From assembly GCA_030704615.1 (NCBI GenBank), contig CM060733.1, positions 52,700,001-52,764,000 of the forward strand: a stretch of DNA of 64,000 nucleotides, read 5' to 3'. The position numbers and the translations under genes were made by a program. Below the pieces are notes generated by a model. That model had not been told where the DNA came from. It did not search any database and saw only the letters and a list, made by a program, of their open reading frames with translations. Shown here piece after piece: positions 24,621-37,789 of the stretch. The stretch comes from Takakia lepidozioides (lineage: Eukaryota; Plantae; Bryophyta). Within the stretch, counting starts at the first letter, position 1. Each line of letters starts with the position of its first letter.

Positions 24621-25589
24621 TTCACCATGAACGCTGGGAAAAAAAAGCTAGCCTTTCAAACATTCTCCAGAAGAAGAATGTTCAAAATATCTGAGACTCC
24701 TGAAAATCTTACTTGAAATTCATCAGGGAACTTTCCATACTGAAGAGGCAGGCAAGCCTAGTCAGAGTTTGGGGCTCTGACTGAAAAAACAACACCTAAA
24801 TCAACCCCTCTAGATACGTTTAAAATATCTGAACATTGCATTCGTTTTCATACTAATTTTGCTACATGGCTGTGATGGAGGCAATGTTTAAAGATAGCTC
24901 GTCAGTTTTTCTGCTGCCATCTTGACAGTCCCCCTAGCATTATCAGCAGAGTTGCTTGTAGGGATAATCTTTGAAAGCAATTGAGAAGAGGGCTGCACAG
25001 AGAGTTTCCATGACCTTATCTCAAAGACAGCCCCCATGTCCATGTGCAAAGTACCAATGGCTAGCTGGTGATCATTTTGACAACCAATATATGTATTAAG
25101 TAAAACAATATCTACTGTACACGAGGGAATTGAATAAGAGGCTCAATTGAGAGGGGTGATCTGCAAGGCTTCTGAGTCTTCGTCGAGGTTTAAGAAGCCT
25201 GTGGGAGTGCCATAAGCTCCTTAGCTTTGCTGACTATTTCAGGACCAGCCTTGCTTGGAGACCATGTGTTGTGTGGAGCTGTGGGTCGTACTAAATAAAT
25301 ACCTGCAATGCCTTGGCTGTTGTTTCATCGGAAATCAGAGCTGCAAGCTGAATAGTTTTACTAATCCCGATGCAACTTCTGCTGCTGCCGCTGTGTTGAT
25401 CGGGCAATTGAACATGGTGCATCATGGTGAGTCCTACCACTCTATGGACAGTAAATTGGCACTAATATAGCTGTGAGATGGTTCTGCCATTTTGTGACTC
25501 AGCTACATGTATACTACGTCCAACAGATAATTTGAGTTGTCACAAGTACAGATGTGTCATAGATCTATTAAAGAAGGTAAAAAAACATT

Positions 25590-25824
25590 CAGTATACATC
25601 AGCTGGTAAGTGCACAGTGTGTCGCCCTGGTGGTTCGGGGTTCAAACCCGCTGCCGTGCCTGGTGTGTGAATCGTTCGTGACCGGTTGGTCTGGTGGTGA
25701 CGCTTCCCACGTGTGTGCCTAATGGCCTCTCTGAAAGGGGGTTAATTTTTCCCCCTCCTCAAGGGCCTGAATTGTGAGCAGTCGCTCCCAGGCTTCCTTT
25801 TATGAAAAAAAGAAAAGAAAAAGA
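25590..25824 (+). mobile_element. tRNA-derived SINE candidate
   Basis: Pol III A-box-like tacatcagctggtaa (about 25595), B-box ggttcaaaccc (25639-25649), about 150 bp of GC-richer body and an A-rich tail (25805-25824). TSD unclear. Confidence 0.6.
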
Positions 25825-26250
25825 TTACAAGTGAGAATTTTAACGATGGTCAACAAAAACAACGCAATTGGAAGACCAGCTTAAAAATCAACTAGTGATA
25901 ATTTGATACTAGGTTATGCAGAACCCTGATTTCATTTTAGGCTAGACTCTAGGCCCATCATTATCACGAGAGAGAAACGATATGTTTATTCTCGATATCC
26001 ACATCAAACACTGACTAGGCTTGAATCTTCCAAAGGCATGGTCATCACGAGATATTACAGCCGTTTCGGAGGTGGTTCCATGGTTTCAGCTCACCACGGT
26101 CAACCAAACATGCCATAGATCTTATGCACAGCCAACGACAGACTATGTAGGTAGTTACTCGGATTGAGGTTGCTGGCGTTGACCTTATGGTAGAAACATG
26201 CGGTTCATCATGGCACCGCTGTTATTCTAACCCACCTACTGCAAAGAGTT

Positions 26251-26708
26251 TGTGAAGCCTTAAAACAAGCCTCTTTCCTCTCAAGAAGCGAACTTGCACA
26301 ACAAAGGGGCAAGCGGAAAGAGCAAGCAGTACGCGAGAGGAGGATCAAACACACGAATCAGACACTAAGCAGCGCTCATCCAAAAACTTGTACACCCAAA
26401 TCACATATACAGCAACACCCGAGTTACACCGCCCCGACCTTGTGGCAGGGCGCCGTCTTTATACAAAAGCCCTAACCTTAGTGGCCCGCCGCGTGGCGAG
26501 GCATTATAGACCCAAGCCCATGGTGCTGCCTTGCAGCCCTGGATCTAACGAAGGGCCAGGATCAATCCACCAGCCTAAACTAACCCTAACCTAAACATCA
26601 TTGTAACGGATTAACGGCTTTATACGCCAAAAAAATATACGATGAATGTGTATCGCCGTTTTGGATGAAACGGGTAAATCTGTGATGAGGAAAGTTTGGG
26701 GCATCACA
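26251..26708 (-). repeat. Putative 3' LTR (458 bp) of Gypsy element A
   Basis: Begins TGTGATGCC directly after a purine tract (minus strand) and ends GGCTTCACA, giving an imperfect terminal IR with TG..CA ends. TATA-like gtataaa at about 26460. Confidence 0.7.
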
Positions 26709-26998
26709 TCTACCCCCCACGAAAAATCCTGAGCTTCGCGAAGTACAATATAAGAAATAACAAGTAAATGTTTGGGGAGAAAATCACCCTCCACTGCTGG
26801 GTGAAAAACCTACCAAAGGAAAACCTGGCACCTGCAATTTGAGCCGAGGACAAAACCTTTGGCTAGGAAAACCGTGTAGGGAGTACACGTGATGACATAT
26901 CATAGGTCTACAAAATGCATCAAGAGCTAGAACAAAAGGCCAGATCCGCAAGCTAACCCTAATCCGTCGAGAAAGCCAATCTGAAGAAGATCAAGACA

Positions 26999-27925
26999 TC
27001 ATTCCACCGTACGTCCCTCCACATTGATGCACGTAAGATCAAAGACTAGCTCGGAATGCACCAGATCCGTGAGAGATACGGGTTCATCATGCGCGTGAAC
27101 ATTGAACCCATGTGGAAGAAGGAGAGCACGTCGCCCACGTAAAAGCTCATAGATCAAGTATGGACCTTCGATCTTAAGCTTAGATTTGCATGCATGCTTG
27201 CCATGCTTCAGCCGAATGCACACAGTCTGTCCCACCTGAAAAAGGTTAGAATACTTGATACGCTTGTTAATATTACGGGCTTGGGTGAGCTGAGCCTTAC
27301 CAATGTTCGTCTTGGCATCATGGATGGACACCGCATGCCGAGCATGAAGATCCTCAACAAAGGTCTCAAGATCAACTGGCTCAGCTACAGTAGAAATAAG
27401 AGGGGTAGAATACAAGAGAGAAACATACTTGCGACCATACAACAACTCAAAAGGAATCTTCTTAGTGCTAGCATGCACGGTGGTGCGATAAACAAAGAGA
27501 ATAGGGGGAAGAAAGGTATCCCACTCCCTGGTAAGTGCGCCATTCTTCTCCAACATGCGGCAAAGAGTTTGGTTGAAGCGTTCTGTAAGGCCATTGGTCT
27601 GGGGATGGTATGGGGCTGTGGTGGAATGCTTGACATCAAAGTTGAAGCACACCACCGTGAGGAGTTGGTTACAAAACTCCTTGCCCTGATCCGTTAGTAT
27701 CTCCCGAGGACACCCATGTCGCATAAGGATCTCATTGAAGAAGAACTGAGCTACATCATCACTAGCCTTGGAACGTAAAGGCCGGACTTCTACCCACTTA
27801 GTCAAGTAGTCGGTAGCAACACAAAGGTAGCTTCGACCCTTTGATGTGAGTGCGAGGGGTCCTACCAAGTCAATGCCAACACGAGCAAAAGCATGGGTGA
27901 CAGGCAAAGGCTGCAGCTCATACAA
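26999..27925 (-). CDS. Gypsy integrase core (DDE), no chromodomain
   Basis: FARVGIDLVGPL, TDYLTKWVE, ILTDQGKEF, YHPQTNGLTERFN, GPY motif. Confidence 0.9.
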   Translation of the reverse strand: MYELQPLPVTHAFARVGIDLVGPLALTSKGRSYLCVATDYLTKWVEVRPLRSKASDDVAQFFFNEILMRHGCPREILTDQGKEFCNQLLTVVCFNFDVKHSTTAPYHPQTNGLTERFNQTLCRMLEKNGALTREWDTFLPPILFVYRTTVHASTKKIPFELLYGRKYVSLLYSTPLISTVAEPVDLETFVEDLHARHAVSIHDAKTNIGKAQLTQARNINKRIKYSNLFQVGQTVCIRLKHGKHACKSKLKIEGPYLIYELLRGRRALLLPHGFNVHAHDEPVSLTDLVHSELVFDLTCINVEGRTVE

Positions 27926-29170
27926 GATCCGGGCCCTAGGGAGAGCAATGTTAGCACGACAACCTTCACATTTAGAGATGAACTTGGTGACGTCTCGGTG
28001 AATTCCCAGCCAATAATATACCTCTTAGATGCGGGCCACAGTTTTCTTGATACCAAGGTGACATGCATACAAGGAACAGTGGAAACGCTCCAATAAAGCA
28101 TTCAGCTGGCTCTGTGGTGGCACCTCCAAGTAGCATGGCACTCCTCCTCTAGTGAGCTCCTTGAAAAGCTTATCACACGGTGAGTAGACACATGATAGAG
28201 AATTTGTTTACGCAAGGACTCGGAAAGGCCAGCTGGCGAACGCCCTGATTGGCATCACTGGAGTAGCGCAGCATGTAGCTGATCATCCATGACTGCACTG
28301 CACATAAGAGGTAGACAATGGGTTTTAGAGAAGGTGGTCTGGAGTGCCTGCACCTATGATCTCCAGCCAGGGATACCTTCACCTCATTTGTTACTACTCA
28401 TGGACAGCCAAATCAGCCTTGAGGCTCAAGCCAATAGTCACACCGGAGTGTAGCAGCCGAAAACACAACAAACTCGGGAGCCTTTGAAAGAGAATGACTA
28501 AAACACAACAGGGAACTTCCACCAAATTTTGTCCGAATTCTCGCGAAGCGACAGAGCCACCACACATGCTAACACATGAATGAATCAGCCAGGATCATCC
28601 AATAGGCTGGACCAGCCCCAAGCAGACAATATGTCATGGGAATCCAGGGCCAAGGGTTGTTGATTTGCACAAAAAAGGTTGAGAAGAGGGGCAGGATCAG
28701 GAAGAGGGGCAGAATCAACAGCAACAAGGTCATCCAAGGTGAGCATAGGCCTGCTGATAGGAGGATCAATCCGTGTAAGTGCATCAGTATTCGTGTTTTC
28801 CTTGCCCTTCTTGTAGATTATATCTATGTCAAACTCCTGTAGGTACATAGTCCATCGAGCAAGCCTGCCATGAAGTTCCCTAGGCTTAACAAGAGTTTTT
28901 AGTGGAAAATGATCAGTCTCTACTACAAACCGGCTACCATGCAAATATTGCCGAAAACGCTTCACCCCAAAGACCAGGGCCAGACCCTCCTTATCAGATA
29001 TGGGAATAATTCCTTTCATGACGATCTAGACGACGGGATGCATAAGCTATGACATGCTCCTTGCTTTCTACAACTTGACATAAGATTGCAGAGATGGCAA
29101 CATCAGATGCATTAGTCTGAAGCAAGAAAGGTAACTCAAAGTTGGGAAACATCAGGATGGGAGCTGAACA

Positions 29171-29300
29171 TCCCGACTTCGTGTGCATGCGTGAAGAAGC
29201 TCTAGGAAAGAGAGGGAAATGGATTCCCTGCAAACATCTTTACTACATCTTTTTGCGCAAGATGCATTGTGATCCCAAAAAAGACCAAATCATTCATCAG
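29171..29300 (+). mobile_element. SWIM zinc-finger C-terminal fragment of a Mutator-like transposase, related to the element at 59534-63140
   Basis: PDFVCMREEALGKRGKWIPCKHLYYIFLRKMHCDPKKDQIIHQ aligns with TDFQIMANKGASYCPCKHLYYVYLKRLRCNSTTHHFIHA. Confidence 0.75.
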
Positions 29301-29679
29301 GTGAGGTACGGACACTTTTGCCGCGAGACACTGGCAATATCGAGTAGTGTTGCATATGTTGCGATTTTTCGCAATGTCGGAAAGGGCTGCCTTGTTTGTA
29401 GAACATGTATACACAGTTCTTAAATCTGGACAAGTAGGTGATGTCTCGTTATGAAATGTAGTTTATTTTTTCATCGGGTTTGGTTAACGAGCCTCTAAAA
29501 TTGAGTGCGTCAATGCACACCACTTCTGCCCCCACCCCCAATATTGCCTCGGGCCAAAGAAAAAAATAAATAAAAATAATAAATAAAAATAAAAAATTGT
29601 TCAAGGGCCTGCCAAACATGGACAAGTGTCAGTATGAAAGCTCATTTTATTTTCTCACGGCCTCTACAGAAGCATTGCG

Positions 29680-31135
29680 TGAATGAGCTTCATGATGACC
29701 ATCTGTTTTTTTTTCCACTTCTTCTTGAATAACAGGCACCTGAACAAGTTTCACAATGACAACTCATTTGTTTTCCACGTCCTCTATACAAACAAACCCT
29801 AAATAAGCATTCATGATGACCATATGTTTTTTTTTTCACCTCTTCTTCAATAACAGAAACCTAACGAAGTTTGACAATGATAGAGCTCAAGTTTTTGTTT
29901 TCACCTCTTCTTCACAAACAAACCCTAATTTATTCATGATGACATCTGATTTTTTATTCACGTCTTTTTCATCAACAGAAACCTGAACAAGATTGACAAT
30001 GATAGAGCTCAATTTTTTTCACCTCTTCTTCACAAACAAACCCTAAATAAGCATTCATGATGACCATCTGGTTTTTTTTCACCTCTTCTTCAATAATAGA
30101 AACCTGAAGAAGTTTGACAATGGTAGAGCTCAAGTTTTTTTTTTCATCTCTTCTTCACAAACAATCCCTAATTTATTCCCTAAATAAGCATTCATGATGA
30201 CCATCTGGTTTTTTTTTCACCTCTTCTTCAATAACAGAAACCTGAAGAAGTTTGACAATGATAGAGCTCAACTTTTTTTTCCACCTCTTCTTCACAAACA
30301 AACACTAAATAAGCATTCATGATGACCATCTAATATTTTTTCACCTCTTCTTCAATAACAGAACCTTAACAAGTTTGAGAATGAGAGCTCAATTTATTCT
30401 TCACAAACAAACCCTAAATAAACATTCATAATGACCATCTGATTTCTTTTTTCACCTCTTCTTCAATAACAAAAACTTGAACAAGTTTGACAATGATAGA
30501 GTTTAACTTTTTTTTTCACCTCTTCTTCACAAACAAACCCTATATAAGCATTCATGATGACCATCTGATTTTTTTTCACCTCTTCTTCAATAACAGAATC
30601 CTAAACAAGTTTCACAAGGATAGCTCAATGTTTTTTCTTACCTCTTCTTCACAAACACACCCTAAATAAGCAATCACAATGACCACGTGTTTTTTTTTCA
30701 CCTCATCTTCAATAACACAAACCTGAACAAGTTCCACAATAAACCGCTCATTTTGTTACACATCTTCTTCACAAACAAAGCCTAAATAAGCTTGAAGATG
30801 ATCATCTGTTTAATTTTCACCTCATCTACATTAACAAAAACCATTGCCTGTTTCACAATGAGGGGTCATATTTTGGGGCCTGTTCTTGCCCATCCTCATT
30901 ATTTTTAACCTCTCCTTCAATATTTCATCCATCCATCATCCATCCACCATGGATGAAATACTGGAAACGTCAGATAGCTTGACAATGAGCATCCAAACTT
31001 TTCTTGCCTCTTGTTCATGCAAGAATCCCTAAATAAGATTCATGATGACTCACCCAACCTTTTTTTTTCACCTCTTCTTCAATAAGAAAACCTCAGTAAG
31101 TTTCACAATGACCATTCCATTCTTTCTATACCTCT
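29680..31135. repeat. About 120-bp AT-rich tandem array (about 11-12 copies; each unit is two related ~60-bp halves)
   Basis: Unit aaaccctaaataagcattcatgatgaccatctg(t)ncacctcttcttcaataacagaaacctgaa.aagtttgacaatgatagagctcaa(t)ncacctcttcttcacaaac repeats across the interval. Confidence 0.92.
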
Positions 31136-33786
31136 TTTTTTAAGCGCTATAACTGCTTCCACGACAATAGGACCCTCTCTAAACAGAGGACTCGGGTATG
31201 GGGCCTGCTTCTTCATCCACTAAACCCCTGGGCTCACGCTTAGAGGGCAAAGCGTGAGCCGAGCTCTTGGGCTCACGCGGCTAGGCTCACGGCGTAGCTG
31301 CACTCCAAGTAACCACAACCTCATTTTTATGAATTCTGATGGGAATATTGACTAGTCCTAAGGGCTCATACCTGGATCCATCTGTAATAAGCACCTCAAT
31401 ACCTGTGGCAAGGCATAGTTTGAGACCAAGAACTCTTACAACACTCAAAGGTATGGCAGATATAGTGCATCCAGTATCAACCACACAGGGAAAGGTGAGC
31501 TCATGGATATGGCACTGCGCTATGAGGGGACTGATCTGCTGGCCAACAGTCTACCTACTAAGAGGACAATGCAAAGCTCTGAAGTTAGTAGATAGAACAG
31601 CTCGAATCGGAACAGAAGAAACAGGGTTGGTAGATGATGGACCTCTTGCCCCTTCCCAAGAGATCGTGCTAGTTTAAAGGAGGGGAAGAGCCACTGGCGA
31701 TTTTCTTGTTCTTGATTAGCTCTGGTAGCCCTGCTTTGTCTAGACAATGCTTCGTCCAATGTTCAAAAGACCCACAAATGTAACAGGCAGCACGATTGCC
31801 CTCATAGGCTTGCCCAGTCTGGGTTCGACCCCTATTGTTACCCCCTGTTGTTCATTGGTTGTGTCGAGGCTGCCATCTCTGTTTGATGAAACTGCATGGC
31901 AGCAACTGAGTGGCCACAGACTCACTAAGACTTCCCACAGTATTAGCCAACCCCTGAAGAGTAAAATCATCAGCCTTACATGTCTTAGGAGGAACATAGG
32001 GTGAGGATGTTGCAGACATGCCAAGCTCTGAGCCCACTGGAGCTTGAAACTTGGCACGATGGTGCATTTGATTTGCTGTCAGCCAAGTCTGCCATTTTAC
32101 GATTAATTTCTGCTATAGTCTTGTCATCAACAAAATGACGTTGCTGAGCCCAATTCTGAATAGTGGAAGGCAACCCAAGGAGAAAATACCTTTTAACCAT
32201 ACGATCCATTTCTGCCGGGTCTATGATGTTTTCAACAGCAGCAAACTTAAGATCCATGTAATACTTCCATAAAGATTCCCAAGGTTGGTAAGTCCTGGCC
32301 GAAAGCTTGGTGAAGCAATCCAGAGGCCTCTCAGGAGGTTTGAACAAGGTCTTTGCCCATTCCACCAGAGTTGCTCAGTTGAGGCTGAGATCATCCATGA
32401 CGGCTGCATGCAATAAGTCACGAGCTGGTCCCTTCATGCTCATTCTAAAGATCCCATCTTGAAATTCTCAGGCACTCCATTGACACTAGCAATGACTTCA
32501 AACATCTGAAGATATCTATCAAAGTCTTCTCCCATGGTATATTCTGAGTAAGGTTGAGTGGTCAGCTGGGGAATTAGATCACAAGGCAGGCTATGGTTGA
32601 TATGACCAGGGAGGATAGACCCATGAGCACGGCAACAGGGAATTATGGGAGCAGCATTACCATGCACATAACCAACATTAGATGCAGAATTATAACTCAT
32701 ACTATTATTACTGACTGATCCTGTGGCAGTTGAGACTGGCAGACGTGGCGCCACCGTGCCCTGGGAAGAGCAGGTATTGCCACACTTGGCTGAGCAGCAG
32801 GGTTAGTAGATTGCAAGTGGGTTTGTGTCATGCCACTCATGGGAAGAGTGGATGCCACTCCCACCAGCTGTGTTGACACAGATCTGACACTACTAAGAGG
32901 GATATTGCTAGCCATGGACTGACTAGAGACAAGATATGGTGGCACCCCAGCCCGTGCAGCAGGGAGAGTCCCCACAGATTGGCTAGCTATGGCAGGAGGC
33001 AGAGCAGCAGACATACTAGAGGGCCCTTGCATCATGACATCCCTACCTTGAACAACACCATGCACGTTCAACATAGGAAGACTGCCCACATGCACACCCG
33101 AATTCATAGGCGACAAGTTCCCTCCCCCGAGAGTGGGACTAGGGAAATTCACAACAGGCAGCACCCTAGGACTCAAGTTAGCAACCTGGGCCGGCATACT
33201 GCTCGTAGTAGCCCATACATCCGAACCAGACCCTTCGATTTCCTGGACATGAGGAGGATGGGAGGGCAGAATGTTTAATTCCCTAGCCAGCGTAGGCTCA
33301 GTTCGTCTGGCCTCCAAGGCCTCATCACACCGATCAGAGACAGAAAGGCCTTCGAGGGTGGCTATCCCAGACTCCTCATCAACTAATGGAATACTAGTTG
33401 GGGACTCTACAACTGACCCCATTGTCCCAACATTCAAAAATTCATCATCACTCACCATGAAATTACTTGCCTGCAGGTTGTCCGATCCCTCATTCACTTC
33501 TACTATATTTTCGGCTAGCGGCTCTCCTGAATTATTCATGGACCTCTGTCTTCTAGACCTCAACCAAGTGGTACTAGAATCACCTAGCATGCAAGAAATG
33601 AGGTTGGATTGGAGGCATAACCTTTAAGCTGCAGGGATGTGGAGCGTGGGCCAAGCACTTGGCGAGTTGTCTTCCGGAACCCAAGTGGAGCAATACACCA
33701 CCCTCAGCACCTTGTGTGATTGTAACTCGTAGATTCCCAACGCTAGCCACTCCCAACCATCAGCTCCTTTAAGCCAAAAGCCAACG

Positions 33787-34286
33787 NNNNNNNNNNNNNN
33801 NNNNNNNNNNNNNNNNNNNNNNNNNNNNNNNNNNNNNNNNNNNNNNNNNNNNNNNNNNNNNNNNNNNNNNNNNNNNNNNNNNNNNNNNNNNNNNNNNNNN
33901 NNNNNNNNNNNNNNNNNNNNNNNNNNNNNNNNNNNNNNNNNNNNNNNNNNNNNNNNNNNNNNNNNNNNNNNNNNNNNNNNNNNNNNNNNNNNNNNNNNNN
34001 NNNNNNNNNNNNNNNNNNNNNNNNNNNNNNNNNNNNNNNNNNNNNNNNNNNNNNNNNNNNNNNNNNNNNNNNNNNNNNNNNNNNNNNNNNNNNNNNNNNN
34101 NNNNNNNNNNNNNNNNNNNNNNNNNNNNNNNNNNNNNNNNNNNNNNNNNNNNNNNNNNNNNNNNNNNNNNNNNNNNNNNNNNNNNNNNNNNNNNNNNNNN
34201 NNNNNNNNNNNNNNNNNNNNNNNNNNNNNNNNNNNNNNNNNNNNNNNNNNNNNNNNNNNNNNNNNNNNNNNNNNNNNNNNNNNNNN
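33787..34286. other. Assembly gap (500 N)
   Basis: Run of N; the round length suggests the true size is unknown. Confidence 1.
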
Positions 34287-37200
34287 GTGAAGACTGAAAA
34301 GCCAAAGTTCTGGCTGTAAATAAGAAGCCATTAGCTGTTCCTGAGGGATAATAGACTCTTTTGTCGATGTTTGAAGTGAGGTCCTCCACTTGAGTCTGCA
34401 GTCCGTCTACATCCTCTTGTAACTCTGCTATCCTACTATAGACATTGTCTATAGTAGTTGTGGCAATGTTCTGCACCTGCAGCCTGAGCTCATTCATCTC
34501 GCTTTGGGTGAGCTTTCGTGGTGCTTTGCCCTCTACTGGCCTTGTGCTAACCAGACCTGCATAAGGCTGTTATCCACCAAGTTGCTTGTGGTTCTCCTGA
34601 GAGTTGCTCCTCTCTTAGCTTGTACACTTCTAACTGCTGTTGTAAAGCCTCCATGCGCTTCGCCTGAGGTTCAACAACTTTGCATAGGCAGCAAAGATTT
34701 TGGCTTCCCCAAGCCTTGTTATTGACCGCGATTTCATTTTATATTGCCATGATGGTTTGTTGCAACTCCACGATGTGCTTCTCTTGATCAGCTTCAACCT
34801 GCCTGTATTGCTTGAAAGCATCCTCATTGCGACAGATTGTATTCTTCATATCGACAATGAGTTTCAATTTGCTCAACATTCTCCTCTTCTGCCTTCGTAC
34901 ATTTTTTCCGCTTGACTGTTTATTTCTTTTGTAGATTGGTCAAGCATAGTTGTGAATGTAGCACATTGTATCGTCATCCTGTCATGCACTGTCTGCAACT
35001 CCGTATGTAGTGCATTCACTTCTTGCAACTTGCTTTCATGCTGCACCTGCATTTGGTAGAGCTGTGCTTATGTGCTTCGTGCAACTGGTCTTGCGCGAGC
35101 CTGCCTCAATCAATTGTTCCTTGGCCAATTGCAAAGCCGCTTCTGTATTTCCCAAGTCCTGCTGCATCTTGAGAGTGACCTCTTCATCGACCTTTTTGCA
35201 CACTCAGTGGCTAGTCGAGCCTCGAACTCCTTCCTTCCTGAGTTCCTCTCTCAAGGCTTCAAGTGGGTAGTTGGAACATGGGATTTGACATAAGTCCCCA
35301 ACAAATTAAGTGTCCTGCCTATAGAACTCATCAACATTGCCTGTTGAGGGTCATCATGGTGAGGTTGCTGCTGTTCCTCCTCCTGTCCTCAATAGTGTGA
35401 TGTCTCACAACCATTCAGGCCATGTCCCACCGATTTCTTCCTGAACTACTTCATCTATCACCCACCACCGGTGCTACAGTGTCATGACCTTCGCCTGTGG
35501 TACCTCCGACACAGGTGTGTGTATTATATGCACCTCAGGATTTCCCTTGGGCAACTGTTGCACCTCTGGGATCTTTGTCTCCTTGACCAGACCAGAATAT
35601 TCATAGAGAAGGTCCCCTTCTCCATTCTGCCACTATCTGTTCTGTATTCGGAATATCTAACCCTTCTCTTTCCAAAATCAATTATTTCTGGTTGAGCTGC
35701 ATTGACAACTGTGACCTTGTGACAGTCTGATCAGCTGGCTGTATGGTTGTGATACCAAGTACTTCACTTCCTCCCTCCTCTCTGAAGGTCCGCTTCCCCA
35801 GTAATAGCATTTCTCTGTGCTGCTATGCCCTTCCTTGCCATGAGCTTGGGAAACAATTATCATGCGAAATCCGTGAAGCCAGTGGATCCGCCACTACAGT
35901 CTTCCCCGTCTCTGCCTCTTAGTCTCGGGTTGCCCTGCTAGTCCACCCTCACTGTGTGAAGAGCTTGCTCTTCCATTGCAGTGGTTTTTGGTTCAAACAC
36001 TCCCATTTCCTTTCTTTCTTGCGCATCAAGTATGCCAGAATCAGGATTATTTGAGCAATGATTGGGCCAGACACTATGATAGGAGACTTTGCGGTAGTAC
36101 CTTGTAATCTTTTCATCTCCTCTCCACCAGTGCGTTGTACATTATGTCCGCCCATTGTACTTCCCTTTTGTCCCTTCAGGCCTTTGAGTATTTCCTCCGT
36201 GAAGGATCTGCTCAAATACTGTTGGTTCTGTTTCATGGCAATCAGAACGTTCAATACCTGGCCTACCTCTTTTAAATGCCTTGGGTACACAGCCTTGGTA
36301 CAAGCATAACCCTGAGTTTAAAAAAAACTCCCTTCTTGGAATAGTCCCCTATTTGCAGTCTTGCCCTGTGTTCCCACATGCACCTGACCTGCTGGCAATC
36401 GAAACAATTGCTGGAGGTATAGGGGAGTAATCATCAATTCAACTCCCTTCACCGTTGTTGTTCCTGTCCTTGGCTCAAAGTACTGCAAAAATTGTAACAT
36501 GTAGTGTCTATGGTGTAATGTCCAATCTAGCTTTGCAATCCTTGCAATCTCAGCTCCTCCAGTATCTGTATCGCCTGTGGGATAGCAATCGTTTTTTTCT
36601 ACAGAATTGTGGTGCTCTTCACCCTGATTTCCTCCATTCCTCTCACTCTCTTCATTTTAGACTCACAGAACTGTTTTGGCTGTAACAACTGCAGGAATGC
36701 CTGTAGTGCACAAAGCATAAACGTATGGTTGCCGCAGAAAGCTATGGGTAATTTCTTGTAAGCCTGCGGGGCTTGCAAGCATCGCTCAAGCCAAAAGCTC
36801 CGCTTTGTCCTTTCGTGTCTATGCCACTGCGTAAGTAATATTGCGAGCGTATAGTCTGTAGTTTCTCCATAGTTTCCCAGCTATAGCATTGATGTCTGTC
36901 CGTCGAGACGCCCGTTACTCAGAACGACGCCGCCTCTTGCGCTCAATTCCCTCCATTTTCTTGATCCTTTCTCTGGTTTTCTATTGGCTGTATCCGCTGT
37001 GACTGGATTTTAGATTTTATTTTCTTTGTGGACTTTCCCTGCTGGATAGTCCACTAGGATCACACATGTGACAAGAATTTTGCTTTTCTGTACTTGCCGT
37101 TCGTTCCGTTTCCCTTTTCCGTATTCATTAATGGGCCCGCCTTTCATCCCTTTTGACGGCCGTTCTTGTCATCTTTCTTTTTGACACCTGTTCTTGCACT

Positions 37201-37334
37201 TCTTTCTCGGCTGTATGTCGCGCCCTGACCTCCACGTGTCTATTTTTAAAGTAATTTCCGTTTTCTCTTCCGTCAGCCATTTTCCTGAAGTTATTATGCT
37301 TCCACCTGTCACTGATTCTATGGATCGTGAACTT

Positions 37335-37555
37335 TAGTTAGGCTGTGTTGAGCTGTGACAGGCTGTGTCATACTGTGTTACGCTGTGATAGGCTGTGATG
37401 CACTGTGGTAAGCTGTGATAGGCTGTGACACGCTGTGGTAGGTTGTGATAGGCTGTGTGCGCCCGTGCATGGCTGTGATAGGTTGTGTCACGTCGTGATG
37501 GGCTGTGATAGGCTGTGCGGTGCCTTGATGGGCTGTGATAGGTTGTGTCACGTTT
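37335..37555. repeat. Degenerate 10/20-bp GGCTGTGATA-type tandem array 3' of pol
   Basis: ggctgtgata ggctgtg.. repeated with a 20-bp period. Confidence 0.9.
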
Positions 37556-37789
37556 GTTTTGCCCCGCCCTGGTCATATATGCTCGGCCTAGCGACAAGTC
37601 TCCATACTCTGTTCGTAACACTGGTGCAGCCCGTGACTGCTCTTGCGGTTCAACATGCAAATCATGCTGCAGGGTTTTGTCATGGATACCACTTTACCCC
37701 TTCAACTTTGGCATTGACTCTTCCCAGCATTTCTTTTTGTAATGGTTTGTAACATGGCGGTGTGTTATCATACATCTTTTGTATGACAT

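Larger units (their letters stand above)
26251..33786 (-). mobile_element. Ty3/Gypsy LTR retrotransposon A (degenerate; RT missing; 5' end in gap)
   Basis: Minus-strand order: long gag region 33590-31740 with knuckle CYICGSFEHWTKHC, protease VDTGCTISAI (about 31484), RNase H (LQTNASDVAISAIL..HVIAYASR..ERNYS..KEGLALVFGVKRFRQYLHG..ETDH, 29170-28790), integrase 27925-26999, PPT gtggggggtaga, 3' LTR. Confidence 0.9.

Noticed and set aside
33624-34497. Long ORFs spanning the N-run
   Set aside because: Artefacts of the assembly gap.
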